Source of the DNA: Phaeosaccion multiseriatum
Lineage: Eukaryota; Protista; Ochrophyta, other classes
Direction: 5' to 3'
DNA length: 64,000 nt
NCBI GenBank assembly: GCA_965112735.1
Contig: OZ218962.1
Location: 806,001 to 870,000 of the forward strand
This document shows, one piece after another, positions 51,235-64,000 of the stretch; positions within the stretch are counted from its first letter, which is position 1; every line of letters begins with the position of its first letter. The notes beneath the pieces were generated by a model, which searched no databases, was not told the origin of the DNA, and saw only the letters and a list, made by a program, of their open reading frames with translations. The translations under genes were made by a program, and so were the position numbers.

Positions 51235-53205
51235 ACACACACGAGATCCAGGGGGCTCTATCTCTCAATCTGGTTTTGTTGGGCCTCGCAGGCCGCGCAC
51301 AGGCCAGGCCGGACTCTGAGCCGGGATGGGCATCAACAGCACAATACACCCATTCTCCCCAACAGAAGAGAGCAAGCAGGTAAGCCAAATTTGAAACTGA
51401 AGCTGAAGCGGAGCACACACAACACCAAAACTCTAGTGTGTCCTGCATGTGCGTGCGTGCGTGCGTACGTGCGTGCGTGCGTGCTTGTGTGTGTGTCGAA
51501 TGCGTGACAACTCACCATGGCTTTGTACGTGGTCTCGCTGTGGAAGACCTTTTCCTTGATGTACACCGATTGGTCATCCAGGCCTTCCATCACGTCCTGT
51601 GCACACTCCTCCATCACCAAACGTAACCGCAACGTCTCCTTCTCCCAAAATTCGGTACCCCAAAGATTCTCTCTATAGAGGGTGGGTAGGGAGGGGGGGA
51701 GGGAGGGAGATAAGAAGGAGGGAGGGATGGGAGAGAGGCAAACTCTGATACCAAGTATGTGCACTCTACCAGAGCAAGAGGCAAGAAAGCAAGTGCTTCC
51801 CTGATTGCCTTTAGTGACGTACCGGATTTTGTCCAATACAGTGTGCGACAGCGTCGCGAAGATGAGGTTGACTTGGCAGAAGTCAGAGAACTCATCGTAG
51901 CTGATGCCACCTGGTAGCAAGGGGAGTAGAGCACCAGTAGCAGTAACGGCCGCAGTAGCAGTAGCAGCAGTCGAGTGATCAGACTTGCTTCTGGCGGGAG
52001 GCGACCAACCGCACGAGTCCTTTGTGACACGCCAGTGTTGGCCAAGTATGATCTACCCCTCGCTCCGGGGGCTCTCTCTCTCTCTCTCTCTCTCGACCTC
52101 GCTTGTCAGCGGCACGTCATACCAGCACGAGCTTCCACACCCCCATACCTGACTCGTCATCGTCTATGAAGGTGAGGATCTCCACCACCCTCTTCTGGCA
52201 CCTCTGGCGGCCGAGCACGGGGTAGCGCTCCTCAGTCATGCGACGAATGTCCTGCTCGTCGATCACGCTCTTGAAGGCATCGAAGGCCGTCGATCCACGA
52301 CGGGATAGTGTTCTGAGCAGCCGCCGCATGCCATACCCACAGAGAGAGTGAGAGGGGCGGGGGGGGGGGGGGAGAGGGAGGGAGGGAGGGACGGAGGGAG
52401 AGAGATAGAGGGAGGGTAGTGAGCGACAGAGAGAGTCAAGAGGCGTCACCTCCCATTCTTTCGTCGCCCAGACTGTGAGCGACGTTATCCTCTGCTCGAC
52501 GCATCACTGTGGTGTACGGTACTGTACGGTACCTGAATGCAATCTCAATGGTGTTGAACCGGTCATACACGAGCAGCCACGGAGCTCTGGAGATGAAGTG
52601 TGACAGCTTGATGGAGCCCTCAAGGGCCCCGTCGAACAGAGAGAAGATGCGCCTGCACCACAAGTCGTCCGCCAGCCCCATCACCTCCTGCAAAGAGGGT
52701 GCCCACAGCAACATGAATAGCAGCAGCACCCGTCCATCAGTAATCCCAGAGCTTCACTCTCAGCCCACGGGCATAGTGGGGACGAGAGTTGTCAGTAGTA
52801 TGGCAGCATCCGCAGCAGCATCAGCAGCAGCAGCACAGCGTCACGGTTCGGATCATACTCTCGCCTCCACCCCGTTTGCTTCAGTGGCTCACCCGAAACT
52901 CGTCGTAGTCCAGCCTCTTGCTGCCGTCCGTGTCCATTTGCTCCCACTTGACGAGCCATCGTAGCTGCAGGCCCAAGTCCATCCTCAGGGCGCGGAAGGT
53001 GGCCGCCACGTTTGCGTGTGCATCGTCGTATCTTCGAGGAAAGCACAGACGGAAGTAGCGAGGTAGGTTTACATTGAGGGAGAGGGGGGGGCATCACCTA
53101 AACCTACGCTGACTGGCTTGATCAGATCACGCACCTCAGAAGCAGCTGGTGGATCTTCTTGCGGTCCCCGAAGCGTAGACCGATCACGCTCGCCGCTGCG
53201 CCCAT
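44781..53205 (-). CDS. N-myristoylated EF-hand (calcineurin-B/NCS-like) protein fused to an EH domain and a coiled coil; about 18 exons
   Basis: ATG at 53205 gives MGAAAS. EF loops are DTDGSKRLDYDEF, DGALEGSIKLSHF and DDDESGGISYDEF. The EH domain ([64 protein letters not shown]) spans about 48490-47640. GT-AG exons chain in consistent phase to the stop at 44781. Confidence 0.75.
45380..45570. repeat. Intronic GA-rich minisatellite, three units of about 60-70 bp
   Basis: GGGGAGAGAAAGGGAGAGAGAAAGGGGGCTTTAAGGGGGAGAG repeated with variation. Confidence 0.75.
49935..50751 (+). repeat. Intronic (CAGT)n microsatellite, about 800 bp, with variants
   Basis: Directly visible; source of the SQSV ORFs. 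Confidence 0.95.
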
Positions 53206-53831
53206 GGCTTCGCTACCTCTACCACGCTGCCGCTACTGCGGCTGGTGATATCCAGCAGCTACCTTAATTTGAAAGTGTCTCATGTTGTGCTGTTGACAGT
53301 ACGGAGGAAAGATACGAAGGGGGAACCAGAACCCCGCCCATTGTCACTGGAAAGCTTTGACCCCCCCCCCCTCCCCTATACACTCCGTATTCCCCTCCAG
53401 ACAGCAATTTTTAATCTTTGCTTTTCTCAACTCTTTACAGTTTCGCCGTGGAGTGCCATCGGCGAATGTGAACGGAAGGGGCATAATTGTCTCTCTGTGG
53501 CGTAAGGCCAGCCTGCCAAGCAGAGTGCATTCTGTTGTTGTTTGCGTCACCTCAGCTTCAGTGACTCTCCGCAGTGGTATATAAGCGTCCCGAAGACGAG
53601 GTAGAGGGAGGCAGAGAGGAGACGAAGGCAGGCAAAAAATGCCGTGAACTGGAAATGGGAAAAGGCAGCAGAGGGCCTCGACAGGGAAGAGAAGAGCGGT
53701 GTGGTCTTTGCAAAGGCCAGCCCCTTTGGCAGAGACGGGAGGCCGGGCGAGAGAGTTCTGGCTGGTGGTGAGCGGGATGCCACAACAGAAATAACGCTTG
53801 GCGGCTGAGCCAGCAACAAGCCTGAGTGCCC

Positions 53832-55061
53832 ATGCTGAGTCCTAGAAGACAATCGACGGCCCTCCCAGCGGAAGACCTAAGCACCGTAAGGAAGAAAGCC
53901 CGTTGGCACACCAGCTCACGCTATCTCTTTGACGACGAAATACCCGATGATGTTGAGTTGGAGAGCACGACTGCAGAGCGGCCGAGAGAAGGCAAAAGAA
54001 GAAGGAGAGAAGAGCCAGGAGAGAGACGAAAAGGAGTGGGCGCGCTGGAGGTCACAGACCCTTCGGAAATGCAGTTAAATACCACCGTGGGGCCCCAGAG
54101 CAACGAAGATGACTGCTTCGACGGACAGAGCCGAGAGATTGGCCTTGCTGCCGCCGGTGGGAGGTTTGGTGGGAAACGAGGCCGTGATGCAGAGTCACTC
54201 ACATCATCACCAACAAGAGCAGAGGCAGCAGCGGCACTGTCGTTATCTCCTGTGCAGACGAGGAAGACGCATCCTCCTCCCGACCACGTGCTCGTCATGA
54301 AGGAGCAGCGCGCGGCGCAAACTCTCTTGCGCCAGACCAACCTCCACCAGACCTTGCCGCAGCTGAGTAGGAGGGTCCGGGCGAGGACAGCAGAGATGAT
54401 GGGGAAGCTCAAGAGCGGCTTCAACGTGCCGGTGGTGGGAGGGGGCAGAGGCGACACCATCACTGGCAACAGCAACGACAACGACAGCAACAATACCAAC
54501 AACCACGACGACAGCAACAACAGTAGTGGTGGAGAGACCGGCGAGCTGAAGCAGATGAGGAAACTGCAGCACTCGACCTCGCTGCCGGGAGGACTGCGTG
54601 GGCCGGACCAGTACAGAGGGGCGAGTGAAGAAGAGGTGCGCAGATCAGACCCTCCTCGGGCTTTCTCACATGCGGCAGACTCACCCTTCCGTGTGCAGAT
54701 TTCCCGCCTTGCCTGGTCTGGACTTCTCCTTATCTCTGTCTCTGTATGCACAACGACCGAATCCTCAAGCCACCCCCCTCCGCCCGCCCCTTATCCTCAC
54801 GCTGTATCTACTACCTCTGTCTTCTCTCTTGCCCCTCCATGCCGTATCCCCCTCTCCGTGCACGGTGAGCAGTACGCCCCGCCCTTCGAGACGACCCTCC
54901 AGGCCGGAGACGCCATGGTGTCAGGGCTGCCCGCCAATGAAGTCCCTATGCACCACCTTCAGGACAAGGTCCAGCGATGCATGTGAGACCCACTTCCTCT
55001 CTACTGTTCTTTCCCTCTCTCTCCCCCTCCCTCTCTCTCCGTCTCTCCATCTCTCCTTCTG

Positions 55062-55103
<42 letters not shown>

Positions 55104-58100
55104 CTTCTCTCGCTCCCTCTCACATACACCACCCCTGTGTAGAGCATGTTTTCTTGTTGCGCGTTCCTTTCACACCTCCTTCTTTCTCCTCCTCCTCCTC
55201 CTCCTCCTCCTCCTCCTCCTCCTCCTCCTCCTCCTCCTCCTCCTCCTCCTCCTCCTCCTCCTCCTCCTCCTCCTCCTCCCTCACCCCTCCTCCCCCCCCG
55301 CCCACTCCCTTCCTTCTCGTCCTCGCACCTCTTAAGCCACCCCTGCCCACCCACCCTCCCCTTTAGAGCACAACAACACTCGTTAGAGACTATCAGAGAG
55401 AGATGATTAGAGATAGAGCTGTTTAGAGCTGTTGGCTCTACCACTCCTCCTTTTGGTCCTCTTTCCACACAGCTTTTACCCCGCTTTTCCTCCTGGACAT
55501 TTTTTTACTTACTTCAATTGTCATTACTCCTAGCTCATGAGCTCAAATAGTACACACACCCCGCCCTGCCGCTCATCTGCAGTGCGGATGTCGACATGGA
55601 GGAAACGCTCTACTCAAAGGCTGCAGAGCTGCTGAGGACCGATGAGCACTTCAAGGGAGACTTTGAGGCGTTTCACACCGGGGAGGTGCGCCATCCGCCC
55701 CCGTTGGAGGGCTTTAAGGACAAGATGCAGGCCCTAAGGTATGTATGTACGTCATTGAGCACACACTTGCACACAGGCACACGCACGCACACGCACAGAA
55801 TACATACATACATACATACATACATACATACATACATACATACATACATACATACATACATACATACATACATACATACATACATACATACATACATACA
55901 TACATACATACATACATACATACATGCATACATATATATACATACATACATACATACATACATACATACATACATACATACATACATACATACATACATA
56001 CATCACTGCTGCTGAACGGGTACTGTTGCTTTCCTCGGCTCTGCTCCGTCCTGCCTGCCCCATATGACTCTACCCAGAGCTCGCCATGAGCACCTGCAGG
56101 CGCTGAGGACTGCGCAGGGCCTCATCAAGGCCAAGAGAGACACAGCAACATCCGACATGTTCCAGACAGACGCGGTGGGTGGAGGCACATGGGCAGGCAG
56201 GCAGAGAGGCAGGCAGAGAGGGAGGGAGGGAGGGATGGAGGGATGGAGGGAGGGAGGGAGGGATGGAGGGAGGGAGGGAGGGAGGGGGAGGAGGGACGGT
56301 AGAAGAGTAGAGGCATATGGGGAGGGAAGACTTCATGCGCGATGGATGCACCGCTCCAGGCTTTTCTTCGCTTGCTCTACTGACACGGAAGGTCCTCCAA
56401 GTATTTTTTCCCATCACTAACGCAATGATGAAGGTTCAAGTATTCTACCCATCGCGAAGGATGGCAATGGACGTGAAGTATCTGATCCATCGCTAACGCA
56501 AAGCATCTCTCATGCCGCACATACCCCTGACTGCTGTGATTGGTTGGTGTGTGCGTGTGCGCGCGCATATGTGTGTGGGCGTGCATGTGTTCCCTGGTAT
56601 GTACTTTCTACAGGCCTTCGAAGTGACGAACAAGGAGGCCCATACATTGGCTGCCATCCAGCAGAGGGCTTCCTTCGACGCCCGCGTGGAGCAGCGCTGG
56701 AAGTGGGTGGACGCACGCACCCACGCCAGGAAGCTCCATGACATATACGAGATCAGCATGGAGGACCTGCATCGGTGGGTAGAGTCGTATGGGCCACGAG
56801 AGGGAGGGAGGGAAGGAGGGAGGGAGAGAGGGGCTCCGTGGGGTTGCGTGGCGAACGGCCTACCTAACTAACCTAACTCCCTTTCCTGAAGGCAGGACGG
56901 AAGCCTGCCCTCGCCCCCCACGCACTCACAGTAGTCACTCACATACTTCGAACCTTGCTGAGCATTGTCTTGCCACTCAGCTGTTCGACCCGCTCTCCTC
57001 TTGTTCCCACTCAGCCACCCCCCCCCCCTCCTCCCCTCCTTCACCCTCGCGCTCACCTCTTGACGTCGCAGCGAGGAAGAACGCTGGGACGGCGTGCTGG
57101 ATACTGACCCTTTCAACACCCTAAGTCAGCAAAGACGCAGGAAGGTCGCGGAGCTGCCGCCTCCTCCTGAGAGTGATCGTGAGGGTGATGACGATGCTCG
57201 TGTATCACCAACTGTTGCAGCTGGTGTGGGGGCGGTCGAGGCGAGGGAAGAGGAGGAGAAGGACGACATCATTCTGTGGGCACTGGGGACCTTAGTGCCT
57301 GGAGCAAGGGGACAGACCATCGGGAGGTGGGTGTCTTTGTTGACATAGGAGGTCACCACCTCACCCACCCACCCACCCACTCACTCACTCACTCACTCAC
57401 TCACTCACTCACTCACTCACTCACTCACTCACTCACTCACTCACTCACTCACTCACTCACTCACTCACTCACTCACTCACTCACTCACTCACTCACTCAC
57501 TCACTCACTCACTCACTCACTCACTCACTCACTCACTCACTCACTCACTCACTCACTCACTCACTCTCTCTCTCATTCACTCACTCACTCACTCACTCAC
57601 TTATTCACCCACTCACTCACTCACGCACTCACTCACTCACTCACTCACTCACTCACTCACCTACTCACACACACTCACCCACTCACTCACTCTCACTCAC
57701 ACTCATCCACCCACCCACCTATTCACGCACTCACTCACTCTCACTCACACTCATCCACCCACCCACCTACTCACTGCTTGCTCGTCCATGTCACACACAA
57801 TGAATACTCAGCGTGATGTACGGTGTATTCTCGACGGCACTGGAGCCCCCGCTCGAGGGATGGCTACCGTTCAGCGAGGAATACGTCAACCCGGTGAGTA
57901 GCGAATGGCAGGACAGTTCGTAATGAGTGTCAGGACAGAGAGAAATGAGTGTCAGGACAGAGAGGAATGAGTGTCAGGACAATGGGGGAGTGGGTGTCAG
58001 GACAAGGAGGACTGAGTGTAGGAACGGGGATTAGTGAGGAGGGAGTGAGCGCGGAGTGAGAGGTGAGAAGTGTGGACGAATGAGGTGAACGTAAGTCGCG

Positions 58101-61100
58101 CCCTCTTTTTCCATGCCGATACACCTCCGTCTACCATCCCCCTAACAATGCCCTATATACCTCTGCCGCACCCACTTGGTTACCGCAGGATGCCGACGAG
58201 CGAGTGGAGATCCACAGACTCGCTCCGAAACTAATCACGCGCACCTACCCCATTGGTGACACAGCAGTTCCGGGAGTTTCGGGAGATTCGGCGGGCCCCA
58301 CTTGGGTGGTTTCAGGGGCCGTCAGCGCCGTTGTGAATGGCAGGTACCGCCCAGGGGGGCGCTACTGTGGAGCACCCATCTTTCACAACCCGGGGGGGGG
58401 CGGGCAGCTATGTCTTTTCAGACATCGTCTCAGGCAGACGCCTGAGCTCGGTATAACCAGAGAGTCCTGCAACGACTTCGAAGGATGGCAGGTTGGTGCC
58501 ACTTGTGGAGCAGGGGAGAGAGAGAGAGGAGGGAGAGGGAGAGAGACAGAGGGAGTATGCGCGTGCGTGCAGGCGTGTATCTCCCCTTCTGATCTCCCCT
58601 CCCGCCCTTCGCTCGTCCCCATCTTCTGCCATCCTACCCCCCATCCGTGCCATCCACTGCCATCCCCTCCACTGCCATCCCCTCCACTGCCATCCCCACA
58701 GCGCAACTTGAAAGAGTTCGCGGCCATGCTGGCGACAGGGGCGTGTAGAGAGGAGGAGAAGGACTTCGCCAAACTCAAGACCATAAGCCACAACATGATC
58801 AGCTTCGACAGACGGCGGAACAGCAGCAACCCCGCAGCCACAGGCAAGAAGGGCACAGGGGCCGAGGAAGGCCAGCACGGCAACGACGAAGCAGGCTCCG
58901 ATCACACAACTCCACTCGCCGCCGGGCTTGTGCATCAGAAGGTAAGTTGGGTGGGTAGGGACAGAGGGAGAGAGAGAGCAACGGAGGGAGGTTTCCGCCA
59001 CAGCCCCACTCTCAAGAGAGTTACTCATCCGTCCCCCCCTCTTTACTACCTGGGCTCCCCATACGCTGACAAATGGCTCTTACTGTGCCCGTCCTCCTCC
59101 TCCTCCTCCTCCTCCTCCTCCTCCTCCTCCTCCTCCTCCTCCTCCTCCTCCTCCTCCTCCTCCTCCTCCTCCTCCTCCCCCTCCTCCTCCTCCTCCTCCT
59201 ACTACTACTACTACTACTACTCCTCCTCCTCCTCCCACCCGCCCCCCAATCTCCTCTCCCCACCACTACAGCCCGCCGGATCGATATCTCTGCTGAGTCC
59301 CTCCTCCTCCGCCGCGACTGAAGACCGCCTCATCTTCTGCCCACCACACGCCTGCCCGCTGCTGTGCCGTCCTTGGACGCTTCGTGCGTGTGAGCACATG
59401 GCCAGAGGAGGCGCTGCTTGCCGTAGGAGGCACTACTTTATCAGTGAGGAGGAGCTTGCGCATCACAGCGCCATCAGGCAGAGGGCAGACATGAAGGCGG
59501 AGGTGGGTGGGTTAGAGTGGGGGGCGGACGTAGCGCTTAGGGTGAATTAGGATGGCAATTGTCGTGTCAATCGTACTGACGGCGGAGGCGGTGGGAGGGG
59601 GAGGGAGGGTCCTCCCGTCCTTCTACTTGTCTACCTCGTCCTCCTTCTTCTCCTTCTCAGCCATTGTTCTTCATCCTGAACTTTGCCCACACCTACCCAC
59701 CCTCACCTCACCTCCACCCCTGTCTCCACTCCACCCCTCACCCCTCACCCCCACCCCATCTGCTGCCATCCTCGCCCCCTAAGGTGCTGGTGCTGCGCGC
59801 AACATCCCGTAGAGAAGCGCTTGTGGCGGAGGTACAGAGGGAGTGCGCAGCCGCCACCAAGCGATTCCTGTCAAGCACAGACACTACCGTGGGAGAGGAC
59901 GACGTCGGAGTGCTTATACAGCTGGTGCGTGTGCGTGTGCGTGTGGGCGTGTACGTGCGGGTGTGGGCGTGTGTGTGCGTGTGTGGACGTGTGTGGACGT
60001 GTGGATGTGTGACTGTGTGGATGTGTGTGGATGTGGGTGGATGTGTGTGGATGTGGGTGTGGATGTGGATGTGGATGTGGGTGTGGATGTGGGGGTGGGG
60101 GTGGATGTGGGGGTGGGTGGAAGCGTATGGGGGGGGCGCACTTGTGGAGGGAGGGAGGAGAGGGAGGAGAGGGAGGGAGGGGGGGGGGCGATTCAGCGAA
60201 CGAGGGGGGTGGGTATGTAAGTCAATGACTCCCCACCTTTCCTCTATATGACACCCTCTCCTCAACCCCCTCCCCTCTCCCCTCTTGCTGACTGCTGGAT
60301 GTGCAGTTGGAACAGCTACGTTTGGCGACTGTCGTATGTGTAGAGTGCATTGTCGCTTGGCAGGACCATACGATGGAGCTCAGGAGGGCTCAGCAGAGAG
60401 CGGCGCAGGCACAGACGGCGGCAGAGGAAGCGAAGGAAGCGAAGGAGGCGGAGGGGGAGGACAAGAGTGTCGGACAACGACAGCAGCAGCAGGGGAAAGG
60501 AAAGGGACCAGGGGGGAAAGGGAGGGGGGGGGGGGAGGGGCAGGGCGAGGACACCAACCGATGGGCGGTGAGTCTCCTTGTGCCGGGCAAACGACTGTAC
60601 GGAGCATCCCCTGCCATTATCTCCAACAGCAGGAGGAACCAGAGGGCCAGGCAAGAAGCCAAGATATCCAAACAGGTGGGTGGGTGTCGTAGTATGCCAA
60701 TGAGTTGCTGCAGTATGTCAATGGATGCGTGTATGTGGGGTGGGTGTAGTAGTCTGTCAAAGGATGGGTAGATGCAGTATGTCAGTGGGTGTATGAGTGG
60801 GTGTGCAGGGTTAGTATGGGTGGGTCTGTTAGTATGTCAATGGGTGGCTGTGGTATGTCAATGGATGCGTGTGTGTGGGATGAGTGTAGCAGTCTGTCAA
60901 AGGATGGGTAGATACAGTATGTCAGTGGGTGTATGAGTGGGTGTGCAGGGGTAGTATGAGTGGGTCTGGTAGTACATCAATGGGTGGCTGTAGCATGTCA
61001 ATGGGTGGGTGGGTGGAAAATGTGGGGGGGTGGGCTTGGGATGGAAGGCACATGGAGAAGAAGCAAAGGAGAAGGACAGTGCAAAGCTCCTTGGAAGGCA

Positions 61101-63115
61101 ACAGCACAGCAGCAGCCAACACTTAAGTACTGCTTCCCCAATTGACTCCCCCAACTAACCACCCACTGCCATCCTGTCTGCCCTCTGCTACCATTACGTA
61201 AGGTAATCTACCTAGGCTGCTTTCCCTCCAAGGGGGCGGCGGTGCGTGCCTACGATGACGCATTGGAGGAGCACGCCTTCAGAAGAAGGATCCCCGTGAA
61301 GCGCATGCCTGGCAGACAGGTAAGGGTCTTACGCAAGGGTCTTACGTAATGCAGACAGGGGGGGGCGGAGTGCCGATGGGGCAGGGTAGTGTGCTGTACT
61401 TGCTTACGTATACGTACGTAATTTAAGCAGTACTGAATTAGTGCTTAAAGAAGAGAGACTTCAGAGTGGACTTGCACTTGTTCTCAGAGCTTCGGTACCG
61501 ACCTGTCATCGACCGTGCCCGCACAGTAGCCACGCTTCTCTCCACTCCATCCCTTACGCAACCCACCTCCCTGTCTCCCTCCCTCCCTCCCTCCCTCCCT
61601 CCCTCCCTCCCTCCCTCCCTCCCTCCCTCCCTCCCTCCCTCCCTCCCTCCCTCCCTCCCTCCCTCCCTCCCTCCCTCCCTCCCTCCCTCCCTCCCTCCCT
61701 CCCTCCCTCCCTCCCTCCCTCCCTCCCTCCCTCCCTCCCTCCCTCCCTCCCTCCCTCCCTCCCTCCCTCCCTCCCTCCCTCCCTCCCTCCCTCCCTCCCT
61801 CCCTCCCTCCCTCCCTCCCTCCCTCCCTCCCTCCCTCCCTCCCTCCCTCCCTCCCTCCCTCCCTCCCTCCCTCCCTCCCTCCCTCCCTCCCTCCCTCCCT
61901 CCCTCCCTCCCTCCCTCCCTCCATCCCTCCCTCCCTCCCTCCCTCCCTTCCTTCCTTCCTCCCTCCCTCCCTGCCTCCCTCCCTCCCTCGCTCCCTCCTT
62001 CCCTCCCTCCACCTCTCCCCCCCCTCTCGATCTCTACTGGTCCCATATGCCTCCGACCTTGGTGGTGTGTACGCACACACTCTCCTCCCCCAACACACGC
62101 CCACACCCACACACACACACACCCACACCCACCCACACACACACACCCACACACACACACACCACAGATCCAGCTGCGGTCGTGCAAGCTGCATTACTCG
62201 GTGCAGAGTCATGGTACCCCGGTGGGCCGCAGCTGCGAGCAGTGCCTTGCCTCACAGGTCAGTGGCGGCAGAGGCTTTGCTCCGCCCTACATCTGGAGAG
62301 GCGTCAACTACATGCTCAAGGTCAGTACCTGGTGTCAACAGTCAGTCAGACAGACAGACAGTCCGTCAAAGGCGTATGTGCGTAGGGGTTTATTCATTCG
62401 CTTACTCACTCACTCACCCTCCCATCCACCCACTTACTCCCTCAACCAACCCCCCACCCACCCACCCACACACTTACTCACTCCCACGGTTCCCTATCCG
62501 CGACCACCCTACCTCCCTCCCTCCGTCCCTTGGCCCCCCTGGCCACGCACGCACACACGCACACACACACACACACGCACACACGCACACGCAGATGCTA
62601 AGCGACACAGAGTTCCTGGGCGATTGTTACCCTCTGCGACAACTCGTGGGGCCAGAGTTCCCGTTCAAAGAGAACCCTTTCCTTCTCGGGGATATCAGTG
62701 AGCACACTCTACGGCAGCAGCAGGAGCAGGAGGAGCGGGAATTAAAAGCGGCCGAGGAGGAGGAGGAGGAGGAGGAGGAGGAGGAGGAGGAGGAGGAGGA
62801 GGAGGAGGAGGAGGAGGAGGAGGAGGAGGAGGAGGAGGAGGAGGAGGAGGAGGAGGAGGCGGAAGGTGCCGCCGGCGTCGAAGGCCAGGGAGAGAAAGTG
62901 GAACTCCTCGATTTCCAATTGGACGTCGATGTCGATAATGTGTGGGGAGGAAGTGAGGCCCCGGACGATGGTGGTAAGGAAGGGGTGGGACTAAAAAGTC
63001 CTAACTCAAACTCCATGGCAGGCTTGGCTTCTCCCAGGCCAGTCAGTCAAGGTGGTGTTGCCAGCCCTTCACTGAGCCCGAGGGTCCCCGGGCGGGGGGG
63101 GCAGCAGAGCACTAT

Positions 63116-63147
<32 letters not shown>

Positions 63148-64000
63148 GAGGAGGAGGAGGAGGAGGAGGAGGAGGAGGAGGAGGAGGAGGAGGAGGAGGA
63201 GGAGGAGGAGGAGGAGGAGGAGGAGGAGGAGGAGGAGGAGGGGGAGGAGGGGGAGGAGGAGCAGGAGGAGCAGGAGGAGGAGGTTCGCTCTCCCCTGGTG
63301 CTTCGACCTCGAGCACACGGACAGGCGTACCATCAAGAGGAGTAGCATCTGGTGATGCAGCGGTTGGTACTGCGGCAGCGTCGCGGACGAAGGGGGGGCA
63401 TTGGACACCGGGTGCCCAAGCAGGTTTAGGGGTAGGGTCAGCGACTCACTCAGTCGTGGGCTCGGGCAACGAGTCAGGGTCAAGGTCAGGAACAGCGTTG
63501 GGTTCAGGCTCGAGCTCGAGGAATTCTGAAACGCCAAAGAGAGCGCGATTCGGCACCCCTTCCTCGCGAGTACGTACGCTGCACAACGGTGCTTTGGAAT
63601 GGAGAGGCCAGGTGAGGGGATGGCAGCGGATGGATGGGTGAGGGGATGGCAACCGATGGGTGGGTGAGGCTTGGAGACTTAGATACCTGGCGCTGGTTCG
63701 ATTGATGCTTGACATTGGTGATTGCTGCTTGACCTTCTTGTGTGGGGTGCGATTGCAACTTGACTGTGGTGCGACTGACGTTTTGATGTGCGGGGTGTTT
63801 TGTGTGTGTGTGTGTGTTTGTGTGTGTATGTGTGTGTGTCTGTGTGTGGTTGCGGGCGAGCAGGTGATGACAAGCTTCATGACGGGCTACTTTATCATCC
63901 CGACCAAGCGAGCCGAGAGGAGTAAGAGCGCCACCCGCACTGCCACGGCTCTTAACGAAGGCAATGACAGTGTAGTCGACGAGCTTTGGACACACTCGAC
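53832..64000 (+). CDS. Large multi-exon protein of unknown function with an AP2-like segment, Cys/His motifs, and poly-E and poly-G tracts; incomplete at the 3' end
   Basis: Phase-consistent exons at about 53832-54635, 54873-54982, 55583-55738, 56078-56174, 56614-56774, 57073-57326, 57812-57893, 58189-58491, 58702-58941, 59272-59502, 59784-59924, 60307-60675, 61203-61319, 62168-62320, 62595-63611 and 63864 onward. Motifs are RWAVSL...IYLGCFPSKGAAVRAYD (AP2-like), CRPWTLRACEH...CRRRH and YIWRGVNYMLKMLSDTEFL..NPF. Confidence 0.75.
55800..56002 (+). repeat. Intronic (TACA)n microsatellite
   Basis: Directly visible. Confidence 0.95.
57376..57765 (+). repeat. Intronic (CACT)n microsatellite
   Basis: Directly visible. 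Confidence 0.95.
60711..61010 (+). repeat. Intronic tandem repeat, period about 140 bp, about 2 copies, built from AGTATGTCA(A/G)TGG sub-units
   Basis: GTATGTCAATGGATGCGTGT recurs at about 60713 and 60853, and identity continues downstream. Confidence 0.8.
61576..61990 (+). repeat. Intronic (CCCT)n microsatellite
   Basis: Directly visible. Confidence 0.95.

Overview
This is gene-dense, intron-rich, GC-rich eukaryotic nuclear DNA. It most likely comes from a photosynthetic stramenopile (ochrophyte): three genes carry bipartite plastid-targeting leaders (signal peptide followed by Phe), and the (GGGA)n/(CCCT)n-filled introns resemble those of eustigmatophytes. I assembled gene models by hand from GT-AG sites with consistent phases. 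They are: a Cys-rich micro-exon secreted protein, a WDR31-like WD40 protein, a PP2C phosphatase, an intronless basic low-complexity protein, a SAM-methyltransferase-like protein, two unknown proteins, a plastid DprA-like protein, a lumenal ChaN/DUF399 protein, a small plastid protein, RBBP4/MSI1, a cluster of four intronless F-box-like/ankyrin genes and pseudogenes, a myristoylated EF-hand + EH-domain protein, and a large multi-domain protein with an AP2-like segment that runs off the right edge. The most notable signals not explained by these genes are three. (1) A 13-mer, CAGTTGGTGATAC, occurs exactly 8 times on both strands, in exons, introns and 3' flanks. (2) Two related non-autonomous DNA transposons have TCG...CGA termini and 6-bp target-site duplications. 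(3) Introns show a purine-rich 5' / pyrimidine-rich 3' polarity, with a recurrent CCACTGCCATCC motif near splice sites. No rRNA, tRNA or CRISPR array was seen. All product calls come from motif recognition, not database searches.
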